The notes below the pieces were generated by a model. That model was given only the letters and a program-made list of their open reading frames with translations, was not told the origin of the DNA and ran no database searches. DNA of 47,231 nt from Octopus bimaculoides (taxonomy: Eukaryota): NCBI RefSeq assembly GCF_001194135.2, contig NC_068985.1:26403339-26450569 (forward strand), written 5' to 3'. Numbering within the stretch: the first letter of the stretch is position 1; every line of letters begins with the position of its first letter. Made by a program: the position numbers and the translations under genes. Below are positions 1-12,400 of this stretch, one piece after another.

Positions 1-252
1 AGTCTTTATTGCACCTGAACATCTGCCACAAACAAAAACTAACTTGCTAGTTAACCTGCTTTGATGTTGCTGCACCTCTTATGTGTCCATAGCTTGCACC
101 GGGTACATCTTATAGAGTTACTACCTACTCCTTTTCTACATACTGAGCAGGGCCATCTACCTGTATATCTCTGAAGGACAGTTGTATTAATGTTATCACC
201 CCACTGCTACTCCATATTTGTCACTTATGCTCTGTTCTTCCCTTCCCTGATA

Positions 253-1468
253 TCAGTTGCTTGTACCTGGTGTAAGTTATGGACACATAAGAGGTGCAGC
301 AATATCAAAGGAAGGCTAACTAGGAAGTTAGTTTTTGTGTATGGCAAAATGTACAGGAGCAATAAACACTGAAAATGTGCAAAAAACAGCTTTCATCACA
401 TGCCAGGGGGAAAAACTAGAAATAGTTGAAAGCTTCTGCTACCTGGGGGACTAAGTCAGTAGCGGGGGTAGATGCACTGAGATCATAGCTGCTAGAATAA
501 GAATAGCCTGGACAAAGTTCAGAGAGCTCCTACCTCTGCTGGTAACAAAGGGTCTCTCACTCAGAGTGAAAGTTAGACTGTATGATGCATGTGTGTGAAC
601 AGCCATGCTATACGGCAGTGAAACATGAGCTGTAACTGCTGAGGACATGCGTAAGCTTGCAAGAAATGAAGTCAGTGTGCTCCACTAGATGTGTAATGCC
701 AGTGTGCATACATGACAGAGTGTAAGCACCCCGAGAGAAAAGTTGAACATAAGAAGCATTAAATGTGGTGTGCAAGAGAGATGACTGTGTTGGTATGGTC
801 ATGTGTTGCGTATGGATGAGGACAGCTGTGTGAAAATGTGTCACACCCTAACAGTGGAAGGAACCTGTGGAAGACCTGGGATGAGGTGGTGAAGCACGAC
901 CTTCAAACGTTGGGCCTCACGGAGGCAATGACATGTGACTGAGACCTTTGGAGATAGGCTGTGCTTGAGAAGACCCAACAAGCCAAGTGAGACCATAACT
1001 GTGGCTTATGCCAGTGTCGCATTGGGCAATAAACTATGCTTGAGAAGACCTGTTGTGTCTGATACCAGTACTGCATGAATGGCACCCGTGCTGGTGGGAC
1101 GTAAAAAGCACCATTCGAGCGTGGTCGATGCCAGTCCTTCCAGACTGGCTCCCATGCTTGTGGCACGTAAAATGCATCATACAAACATGGTTGATGCCAG
1201 TGCTGCCTGACTGGCTCCTGTGCCTGTGGAAGGTAAAAAGCACCATTCGAGCATGGTCGTTGCCAGTGCCGTCTGACTGGCTCCTGTGCTGGGGGCACGT
1301 AAAAAGCACCCACTACACTCTCGGAGTGGTAGACATTAGGAAGGGCATCCAGCTGTAGAAACCTTGCCAGATCAGATTGGAGCCTGGTGCAGCCTTCTGG
1401 CTTGACAGTTCTCAGTCAAACCGTCCAACCCATGCCAGCATGGAAAGCAGACGTTAAACGATGATGAT
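253..1468 (+). mobile_element. RTE/RTE-X-like LINE, 3' portion (decayed RT C-terminus, 3' UTR, (GAT)n tail)
   Basis: From 401 reads CQGEKLEIVESFCYLGD*VSSGG...ARIRIAWTKFRELLPLL...LYGSET*...LCWYGHVLRM...GRP with in-frame stops, typical of RTE-clade RT C-termini. Runs into ~60-bp repeats and ends GTTAAACGATGATGAT. Confidence 0.85.
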
Positions 1469-2251
1469 ATAGCACCTGTAGTGCTAGACACATTTTGAGA
1501 GCCTTTACATGTTTAGTTATCCTACTGGAAATAGAGCCTTCAGAGCACACAGTTTCTGATGCCCCAACATCTGGGAGTAAAAAAATACCTTGAATAAGAA
1601 ACCCTAGATGTTTAATGTTTGAAATAAAAGACAGATTAGTTATCATGGGTAATTTTGGAGAAAATTGTTATATAATTACTGTAGCTCAATTGCAAGTAGA
1701 ATACCTACCGTCTCCCATTGATACCAAAGCATAGACCATGAAAATATTTATTAATGACAAGTAGTTATTGTATAAATGTGTTCAAGTTTATGTTACTGTT
1801 GATTTAGTAGACCTATGATTAAAAGAATTCCATCTGTGACTAAACAATCCTATTTTTTTTTTTTCAGACATACTGTGTTTAGGGCCTTAACTATTTATCA
1901 TATTTTTAAGATAAGATGTGATTCAAGGGGAAGATTTGGCTGTTATTTCTTGCTAATTGAGCATCTGTGTCAAAGCTCAATATACACTGTTTATTGTAGG
2001 CATACACAAGCCAAGTATATCAATATTGTCCGGTAACAGCGATATAACAGCTCAACATATTCAATTTTGGGTTTTTGAAGCTCTGAAATCTGAGACAGAG
2101 AATAAATTATTTTTGTAAATAACAAATGTAAAACTTGTTTATAAGCTATGGCTTTTTATGTTCACATACTCTTGTCTCATTTACTTGCAGATGCAAAGAT
2201 ACATTCAAGTTTGTTGATTTTGGAAGTGATACATTTGGTTAGATATTAGCT

Positions 2252-2395
2252 ATGGATTTTAGAGATGTCCCTTTTTTCTATGTGCCCCTTGAAGTAAGAT
2301 TAAAACTGCTGAACTTAGATATACCAAGCAGTGGTTATGGGAATAACTGGAAGTTTTTGGCTGGACAACTTGGTTTCAGTGGCAATCAAGTTTTA
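2252..2395 (+). CDS. Coding exon 1, death domain N-half
   Basis: Acceptor ttgcag at 2190, ATG 2252, MDFRDVPFFYVPLEVRLKLLNLDIPSSGYGNNWKFLAGQLGFSGNQVL, donor gtaagt at 2396. NWxxLAxxLG is a death-domain helix motif. Confidence 0.85.
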
Positions 2396-5300
2396 GTAAG
2401 TATATTTTCTGTTAAATAATCTAACACACATTTTGTAAGTGTAATTTATGTAAATTTAATTTTCAATATAGTATAACTTCAGTCATCATTCAGTGGAAAT
2501 GTATATAATTATTTTTTATAATGTCAGTCATTAACAAGTATTTTACTAATGAAAAAGTTATATGAAGATGTAATAAAAGATTAATCTTTAGCAATTAATT
2601 GACAAATGTTACAAAAAAATATCTCGAAGAATTGGGCTAATAATAGATCATCATCATCATCATCGTCATCATTTAACATCTGTTGGTATTTAACATGCTG
2701 GCATAGGTTAGATAGTGTGACCAGAGCTTGCAAGCTGGGGGTGGGCTGCACCAAACTCCAGTCTGATTTTGCATGGTTTCTATGGCTGGATACCCTTCCT
2801 AATGCCAACCACTTTACAGTGTGTGCTGGGTGCTTTTATGTGGTACCACATGAGTGCTTTGTACCACCAGAAGGATCTGTCTTAACACGGTCTTATGTTT
2901 TATTAACAAATCATTATCATCATCATCATCATCATTTAGTGCTCATGTTTCATGGTGGCACAGGTTGCATGGTTTGATAGGATTTGATTGGGCTGAGGGC
3001 TACCTTGTGCACCAGTGTCTGCTTTGGCATGGTTTCTACAGTTGGGTACCTATCCTAATGCTAACCACTTTACAACATGTAATGTGTTTTTTCCATAGCA
3101 TCAGCACTAATGTGTTTGCCATGCACCTTGCAAAACCAAGGTCCCCTTCAATTGAACAATACTTCAGTAGAGATGGAGACTGCATTAAGCTAGAAGAAGA
3201 GGGAGTTAAAGTATGAGTCAAGGAGCCAGAGCAGAACAGGTTTCTTACTGTAGAGGAGCTACATGGTCATTCACAGTTTAGAAGAGAGGGTGGGAGTGAC
3301 TGTATCAAAGTGTGGGTAAGAGAAAAGATAAAAATAGTCATAGTAGACCCTCAAGATAAGAGGTGAGTAGGTATGAGTGGAGACAGGAGAACAGCGTGTG
3401 TGAGTGAGTGTATGCGATAGCAAGAGATTGCAAGGGTGTATGAGACAGCAAGAAGTGGTTAGAGAAAAGATATGGGTGACTGCATTGATATGATGAACAA
3501 GTGAAGAGGAATGATAAGAGGTGACAACTGTAGAGATAGGAGGGGTTGAGGAAATATTGAGAATGGTGGATAAAGGATATATGGGGGTGGGTGACCAGGG
3601 ATATGAATTGGGGGAGATAGGGGAGAACAGGAGATGATTGACACTGCAGAAAAAATAAAAGTGGGTGAAGGTCTGAAGAATGATCATAATTGTACAGTAG
3701 AGAGAAGGATAAAAAAGAGATATATGTGGTTGATGGTGATCAATGTAGAATGTGGGTGGAGAGGACAATATTTAGAATAAAGGATGGATACTAAGTTAAA
3801 TGGTTCCAGGCAGTAGTAAGAAGGATAAGTGGTAATGGGGAGAAGTTGGTAAAATATACAGTTCTGCTCTCATTTGATTACAGGAGCAGTTTGTGTGTGT
3901 GTGTACATATATTGTGTTTGTAGAATCTCAGTGTCATTGAGATGTGTGGGTCTTCTCAAAAGCGGCTTATTTCCGGTCATTCTAGTTCTTTTTGTCTCCT
4001 CCATGAGGCTCAACGTCTTCAGATCAGCCTTCACTACTTTGTACCATGTCTTCTTGGGTCTCCCTCTTCTACAAGCCCCAGTGTTTGAACTCTGTCCGGC
4101 AGATTGGAGCCTGGTGTCGCCTCCTGGTCCACCAGTCCTCAGTCAAATCATCCAACCCATGCTAGCATGGAAAGCGGACGTTAAACGACGATGATGATGA
4201 TGATGATTAGAAGTTTTTGTGTTCACTTGAAAACAAATATTTTGCTATAATAACCATGTTTATATTATACAAACATTTATGTTTATTCATTTGCCTAGTT
4301 GTATAGTATGCAATATGCTATTAAAGACATGTACTTACGAGATAGGTTTTTTTTAAAAAATAAATTCTTGTTTTCAGTCTTTAGAGACAAAGAAGTCATC
4401 TCATGGAAGTAATACATTAAAATTATTTGAAGAATACTCTAAGGATCTATCCAATACTGTTGGGAAACTTATTGAAGCATTGAAACAAATTAAAAGACCC
4501 CGTGAAAGTAATGAGCTCGAAGGCGCAGAAAAACGTATGTATTGTGCTAAAAAAAAAAAAAATTTTGTGTGACTAGTTTGTGCAATAAATTATTAAGATT
4601 ATAATGTTTGTTTCATGCTTAAATAAATTTGCTGAGATTAAAGATAAATTGATAAATTTAGCAAATTGTGAATCATGTAGAAACTGGTTGGTGCAGTTAG
4701 TATCACTGGTTGGGATGTTAATACAAGAGTATCCCTAATACAGGAATACTCCTATATTATTATAGGCAATTAACCCTTTAGCATTCAGATTACTCTGTCA
4801 AATGTAGTGCTTATTTATTCACATTGTTTTGAATTAATCATGTATTATATCATATTATATCATAGCTTTGAAATTTTGATGATATGGTTATATATTTTTA
4901 GAATGACATTGTTGGGTAGATGTGAGAGGCCAGCTCTGATTGGTTTGACCATAAACCAGGTAGAATATTTAGGTTGGATATGGCTGGTTTTTAAATGCTA
5001 AAGGATTAATCGGAGGGCATAATAATTTTACAGATTGTTATCTAAAACAGAATCTCAAGGAAACAAAGTTAGGTGATGTAAAGAAAATGATGAAAAGAAA
5101 GAAACTATTCTACTAGAAAGAATAGGATAGACTGAAAAAACAAATTTATAATCTGAGGAAACAAGCATTTCTAACAGAAATAAATACCTTAGAATTCTTG
5201 AGATTTTGTAAAGTGCTTGTGATATTTATGTTTATGTAGCATGTCATCATCATCATCATCATCCTCGTTTAACATCCGCTTTCCATGCTAGCATGGATTG

Positions 5301-6447
5301 GACGATTTGACTGAGGACTGGTGAACCAGATGGCTACACCAGGCTCCAATATGATTTGGCAGAGTTTCTACAGCTGGATGCCCTTCCTAATGCCAACCAC
5401 TCCGAGAGTGTAATGGGTGCTTTTACGTGCCACCGGCACGAAAGCCAGTCAGGCAGTACTGGCAATGGCCACCTCTTTGTTAAATACCAGTACAGTTTGA
5501 TGCATAATGAATAAATTAATGCAATGCATAACATCAGTTCAATTTTTCTTCTGTAAAATAAGATGTTGGCAATCTGTGGCTCAACACTGAAAAATAACTG
5601 TGGGAAAGACTTTATTTTTTAAACTTAAAGAAATGATTGAAAACAGCAAATATATGACAAAATAAACTTATAAGAGGAAGCAAAGAATGAAAAAAAATTA
5701 AAAGTATACAAGATTAAATTATCAAAAAAAAAAAAAAAGAACTGCCAGAATAACTTTAACAAGGAAATAAAGAAATTGAAAAAGTGTGTATGTGTGTGTG
5801 TGTGTGTGTGTGGGGGGCTTAGTATATTGTACATTCCAGTCAGAATGGTGCCTTCAACTGTGCCTCACAGACAATTGCAAAGGCGTTACTGTGGGGATTG
5901 GTCAGCAACACTCAGTGCTACAGCCACCCCACCTCTTGGGGCTCATTTCTCAGACAGGAGGTCACTGTCATCACGATTTTGTGGAGGTGCTCAGTCTTGT
6001 GCATGGATACAGCTTTTTATTCTTTTACTTGTTTCAGTCATTTGACTGTGGCCATGCTGGGTCACTGCTTTTAGTCGAGCAAATCAACCCCAGGACTTAT
6101 TCTTTGTAAGCCTAGTACTTATTCTATTGGTCTCTTTTGCCGAATTGCTAAGTTACAGGGACATAAACACCACCATCAGTTGTCAAGCGATGTTGTGGTG
6201 GAACACAGACACACAAGCACACACATGCACGTATACATGACAGGCTTCTTTCAGTTTCCATCTACCAAATCCACTCAAAAGGATTTGGTCAGCCCAAGGC
6301 TATAATAGAAGACACTTGCCCAAGGTGCCATGCAGTGGAACTGAACTCGGAACCATGTGGTTGGTAAGCAAGCTACTTACCACATGGCCACTCCTGTGCC
6401 TGGAGAAGGAAACTGAAAGAAGCCTCTTGTATATANNNNNNNNNNNN

Positions 6448-6488
<41 letters not shown>

Positions 6489-9400
6489 ATGTATCTGTGT
6501 TTGTCCCCCCACCCTTGCTTGACAACCGATGCTGGTGTGTTTATGTAACTGTAGCTTTGCGTTTCGGCAAAAGAGACTGATAGAATAAGTAATAGGCTTA
6601 CAAAGAATAAGTCCTGGGGTAGATTTCTTCGACTAAAGGCGGTGCTCCAGCATGGCCACATTCAAATGACTGAAACAAATAGAAGAGTAAAAGGGTAATA
6701 TATGAGTGTGTGTGTCTTTTTCTTTGTGTTTACCCCCCTCTCTCCACCGCTTGACAACTGGTGTTGGTTTGTTTACATGCCCATAACCTAGTGGCTCAGC
6801 AAAAAAAGATTGATAGAATAAGTATCAGGCTTAAAAAAAAATAAGTACTGGGGTCAATTTGTTCAGCTAAATCCTTCGGGGCAGTGCCCCAGCATGACCA
6901 CAATCCAAGTAAAAAATAATGACTAAAGGTGATGTGTCACTTAAGGATTTCTGCTCACCTTGTATTGTTCCTTCTTGTTTTTTAAAATAACATCAAACTG
7001 AATATTTATTATATATTTTTTAAAATCCACCTTTTTTTTTACTAATTAGAAATTCTCCATGCATATGATGTTTCTAAAGTTTCTACATTTGGATTGTCCC
7101 TGGCATCTGAAGACAAGTCAAGCCAGTATATGTACAATTCACAAAATGATGCGAAGTCTAACAATTTAGATACTTATTACTCAAATTTTGATGCGATTAC
7201 CAGCATTTCAGGATACCAAGTTCCTTTCCTAAAATCATCCTCATATTATCAGAAAACTTCCAACTATTACACTCAGCACAATTCTGTTCGAAATTCTTCA
7301 AAGTATTTTTGTGAAGATTTAGATAATGAAAGCAGTTCAAGTTCACTTCTTCCGAAAAATTCAGGAAAATATTCGGTTAGTGGTTTAAAAGTGACTTTGC
7401 CACCTGAAGATCACTTTTCATCAAAAAGTAAGTTAGCAACTTTTTCTTTTTTATATTGAGTTTAGTTTCATAAAAAAAGAGATACCTGAAGAAGTGATAT
7501 GTGAAGTTATGTAAGAGCTGCAAACAATAAGACAAAATCTAGACGTAAGCCAGTATTTGTGATTCAAAGGATTATTAACTCTTTTGATACAAATTAGGGA
7601 TCACAAAAAACCAATAATTCCCAAAACCGAGTTTAAGTATAAGTAATTCTCAAAACCAGTTAAAAACTGGTTTTCGTGGATTCAGAGCGGTGTCCCTGTA
7701 ACGAAGAAGTTTGTCGTATATTGTATTTGGTTTAGGCACAGGAGTGGCTGTGTGGTAAGTAGCTTGCTTACCAACCACATGGTTCCAGGTTCAGTCCCAC
7801 TGCGTGGCATCTTGGGCAAGTGTCTTCTACTATAGCCTCGGGCCGACCAAAGCCTTGTGAGTGGATTTGGTAGACGGAAACTGAAAGAAGCCCGTCGTAT
7901 ATATGTATATATATGTATAAGTATGTGTATGTGTTTGTCCCCCAACAACCGATGCTGGCGTGTTTACGTCCCCATAACTTAGTGGTTCGGCAAAAGAGAC
8001 CGATAGAATAAGTACTAGGCTTACAAAGAATAAGTCCTGGGGTTGATTTGCTCGACTAAAAGCGGTGCTCTTGCATGGCCACAGTCAAATGACTGAAACA
8101 AGTAAAAGAATAAAAGAGTATACATAAAAAGAGAAAGAGAGAAAGTAACAGGTTGACTAATATCCACAAATATGTTGGTGGTGCCTGTATCTGTATCTAT
8201 GTACAAACAATAACAAAAAATAATGGTATTATATTTATTTAATCAGGAATGCAACGTTTTTCCAAGTCATCATATTTTTGAGAATCAATCAAGTTTCTTG
8301 ACTTGCTCGATGATTCACTTTCCTTCGAAAATAATCTTTTAAAAAAACACAATGCATTCAGTGTTTTACCTGACAAATTTGTCCTAATTTTTGTGTTAAA
8401 AAGTCCAGTAATTGAAAAAGCTCTTTCCGACTGGACACTAGTTGCTTTAGTTGTAAGCAATGCTCTTTTAAGTTTCTCGAGCTTTTCACTTCTGTTCGAA
8501 GTTGCTTCAAAGTATTCAAATTCTTTAGAGATTTCAAATCTGTTAATCTTACTGTGATTCCACTGCCTGTCTTATGTGCCCATAGTATGAAATTTCTACC
8601 TACATTTTCTCTCCCTATGAACAGGAGCATTTTCTTGAAGGAGTTAGCAGTTTGTTTTCCTGCTTCCTTGAACTTTGGTCTTTAAGTTTGAGGCTCTTTG
8701 AGTTCAGGTTTTACTTCCTCACTTGGAATTTCTTTTCTAATTCTACTATAGATTCTGCTATAAGTGAAATGCAAAATTATGTGTAAAAATGAAATGAAAG
8801 AAAGAATACAGTGATAAAAAAAAAAGAATCACCTTCTATATAATCTGTTCTTTACATCTTTTTTCATTCATCTATTTTTCTCAGAGTTTGGAAGTATTCG
8901 CCTCTTCATTTCTTATCCTGATGGAGAAAAATCCTTTCTACGTAATGTACTCAGTCTCTGTCAGCATCTTGATCTACTGTTTCATTGTAATGTTGACTTG
9001 AAGAATCATCGTTTAAATAAGCAGAAAGTGGAGGATTATTTTCAATATGTAAGTTCATTTCCTTTCTTTGTTGTTTTAAAATTTCTTTTTCTCTGAGAAA
9101 TTAAGTAATCAGATTGCTTATATATGAACCACTATTAAACTTTATTCAAATTTTAGAATGAGTAAAGCAAGCTGTTGGTGACAATGTGATTGCTTATCAC
9201 TGGTATTGGTGCACGTACTCAGCAAATCATGCTGAGCCCATTTTAATTAACCCTTTACCACTCAAACTGGCCAAATCTGGCCTAAATATTCTAGCTGTTT
9301 TATGTCCAAACTGACCAGATCTGATCTCCCACACCTACAATGTCATTAAAAAATATACAATATAGGTGCAGGAGTGGCTGTGGGGTAAGAAGCTTGCTTC

Positions 9401-12400
9401 CCAAACACATGGTTCCAGGTTCAGTCCCACTGCGTGGTACCTTGAGCAAGTGTCTTCTACTATAGCCTTGGGCTGACCAAAGTCTTGTGTGTGGATTTAG
9501 TAGACAGAAACTGAAAGAAACCTGTTTTATATATATATAAAGGTCAAAATCCCTAGTGCGTACTATATACGAAGTTAAAAATGAAAAATATTTTCTAAGC
9601 AATGTCCAAGTCTCTATTTGCTGTCCGGCAATGTTTATTCAGGTGCATTTTGTGATGTCGGGCTTGTAACTGATAGTGATAAATATGTAAAGGCAATTTA
9701 CTTAATATTTATTTTTCACTGACGTTATTACTGTTATTTCTTTATTTTCTTCAAACAAAGTGCACAAAAAAGCTACCCGTTTGCATTATGTTATATATGC
9801 AATAATAATAAAGGACGTTACCGTATATATGTTTACAAACCAAGGATGTTATATAGACCTCCTTGACTCAAGTTAGAGAAGGGGTGTGTATTATACACAA
9901 GGTTTAGGTTTTTCAGAGGTACAGCCCCCTAAAAATCCCCTGCGTATTATACTCAAGGGCAGACTATACTCGAAGATTCACAAGGCTTTGGTTGGTCTGG
10001 GACTATAGCAGAAGACACTTAGCCAGTGTTGCACTGCTGCACAGTGGGATTGAACTCAAGACCACATGGTTGCGAAGTAAGCTTCTTAACCACACAGCCA
10101 TGTCTGCATCTTTCTTCAATAAAAGTTTTCAAATGCAAATTTTTATAGTCAGTAGACAATATGATTCAGTGAATCTTTCGAGCGGGATCGTTGCCAGTGC
10201 CCCTGGACTGGCTCATGTGCGGGCGACACATGATATCTTTCGAGCGAGTTCGTTGCCAGTGCCCCTAGACTGGCTCTTGTGCGGGTGACACATGAGGTTT
10301 TTCGAGCGAGATCGTTGCCAGTGCCCCTGGACTGGCTCTTGTGCGGGTGACACATGAAATGTTTCGAGCGGGATCGTTGCCAGTGCCCATAGACTGGCTC
10401 ATGTGCGGGAGACACATGAAATCTTTCGAGTGGGATCGATGCCAGTGCCCCTGGACTGGCTCATGTGCGGGCGACACNNNNNNNNNNNNNNNNNNNNNNN
10501 NNNNNNNNNNNNNNNNNNNNNNNNNNNNNNNNNNNNNNNNNNNNNNNNNNNNNNNNNNNNNNNNNNNNNNNNNNNNNNNNNNNNNNNNNNNNNNNNNNNN
10601 NNNNNNNNNNNNNNNNNNNNNNNNNNNNNNNNNNNNNNNNNNNNNNNNNNNNNNNNNNNNNNNNNNNNNNNNNNNNNNNNNNNNNNNNNNNNNNNNNNNN
10701 NNNNNNNNNNNNNNNNNNNNNNNNNNNNNNNNNNNNNNNNNNNNNNNNNNNNNNNNNNNNNNNNNNNNNNNNNNNNNNNNNNNNNNNNNNNNNNNNNNNN
10801 NNNNNNNNNNNNNNNNNNNNNNNNNNNNNNNNNNNNNNNNNNNNNNNNNNNNNNNNNNNNNNNNNNNNNNNNNNNNNNNNNNNNNNNNNNNNNNNNNNNN
10901 NNNNNNNNGACTGGCTCTTGTGCGGGTGACACATGAGGTTTTTCGAGCAAGATCGTTGCCGGTGCCCCTGGAGTGGCTCCTGTGCGGGTGGCACATAAAA
11001 GACACCATTTCGAGCGTGGCCGTTTTCGTGCGGGTGACACGTAAAAGCACCCACTACACTCTCTGAGTGGTTGGCATTAGGAAGGGCATCCAGCTGTAGA
11101 AACTCTGCCAAATCAGATTGGAGCCTGGTGTTGCCATCCGGTTTCACCAGTCCTCAGTCAAATCGTCCAACCCATGCTAGCATGGAAAGCAGACGTTAAA
11201 TGATGATGATGATTTTATGGAGTGCATTGCATAATTTCTACCTGTTATTGCAGTATGCTTTTATCATCTGTGTTTTAATTTGTCTGTTCAAAGTAAAATA
11301 ATATATATTTGTATAATCTACATGAATTATGTATATATATGACAGGTGCAGGCATAGTTGTGTGGTTAAGAAGTTCACTTAGCAACCAAATGGTTTTGGG
11401 TTCAGTTCTACTGTATGGCACCTTAGGCAAGTGTCTTCTGTAATCCTAGTCTGACCAATGCCTTGAGAGTTAATTTGGTAGACTGAAACTGTGGAAGCCT
11501 ATTGTATGTGTGTGTGTGTGGATCGCTATAGCTTGACAACTGGTATTGGTTTGTTTACATTCCCATAACTTAGGGATTTCAGTAAAAGAGACATGGAGTA
11601 AGTACCGAACTTACTGGGGTTGGTTTGTTCAGCTAAATCCTTCAAGGCAGTGCTCCAGCATAGCTGCACTCCAGTGATTGCAACAAAAGATTTGAGTTAT
11701 AAAGCTATAAAGTTGATGTGCTAGGGTTATGAGTTCAAACCTTAGTACAACCATTGACTTTTGACCCTAGACAAAACCACAAAATTCTACTTGACTCATT
11801 CTAGTTGATACCACGGTCCTTTGCTACTTTGTGTCTGTGTAGTTAAAAGGAGAAAAAACATTCAGCTGTAAAAAAACAATTGCTTCAACAATATGCAAAT
11901 GTCCATTCATTTGTCCTTACGTTCTGAGTTCAAATTCCACCAAGGTTGACTTTGCCTTTCATTCTTTTGGGGTTGATAAATTAAGTACCAGTTGCATACT
12001 GGGGTTGATCTAATCAACTGACCCTCTCCTCCAAAAAATTTCGGGCCTTTTGCCTAGAGTAGAAAAGAATATACAAATGCCCACAATTTAACATACACTT
12101 CCATCAATGCTGACAGAAAAATGGATATAAAGCTGAAGTAAACTTTGTTTATATATCAGACTTTCTAAAAGCTTGTATAATGTGTATCGTTTATCTTTTA
12201 CTTGTTTCAGTCATTGGACTGTGGCCATACTGGGGCACCACCTTGAAGGGTTTTGGTTGAACAAATTGACCCCAGTATTTATTTTTTATTTAAAGCCTAC
12301 TACTTATTCAGTTTCTCTTGCTGAACCACTAAGTTATGCAGGACGTAAACAAACAACACCTGTCGTCAAACACACGTTTCTTTTAATTTCTCTCTTTCAA

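Noticed and set aside
3290-3830. Purine-skewed block as a coding or Penelope-like fragment
   Set aside because: Composition resembles the 32-kb PLE remnant but no diagnostic motif could be read.
5776-6109. ORFs over (TG)n and SINE sequence (also 16920-17243, 42564-42830, 45058-45324)
   Set aside because: Translations of microsatellites and SINEs.
7735-7810. tRNA genes at SINE heads (also 36948-37040 and others)
   Set aside because: A/B boxes are present but there is no complete cloverleaf, and each continues into a SINE body.
10176-11040. Regular repeat array as a CRISPR
   Set aside because: Units are contiguous 62-bp tandem copies with no unique spacers, there are no cas genes, and the context is eukaryotic.
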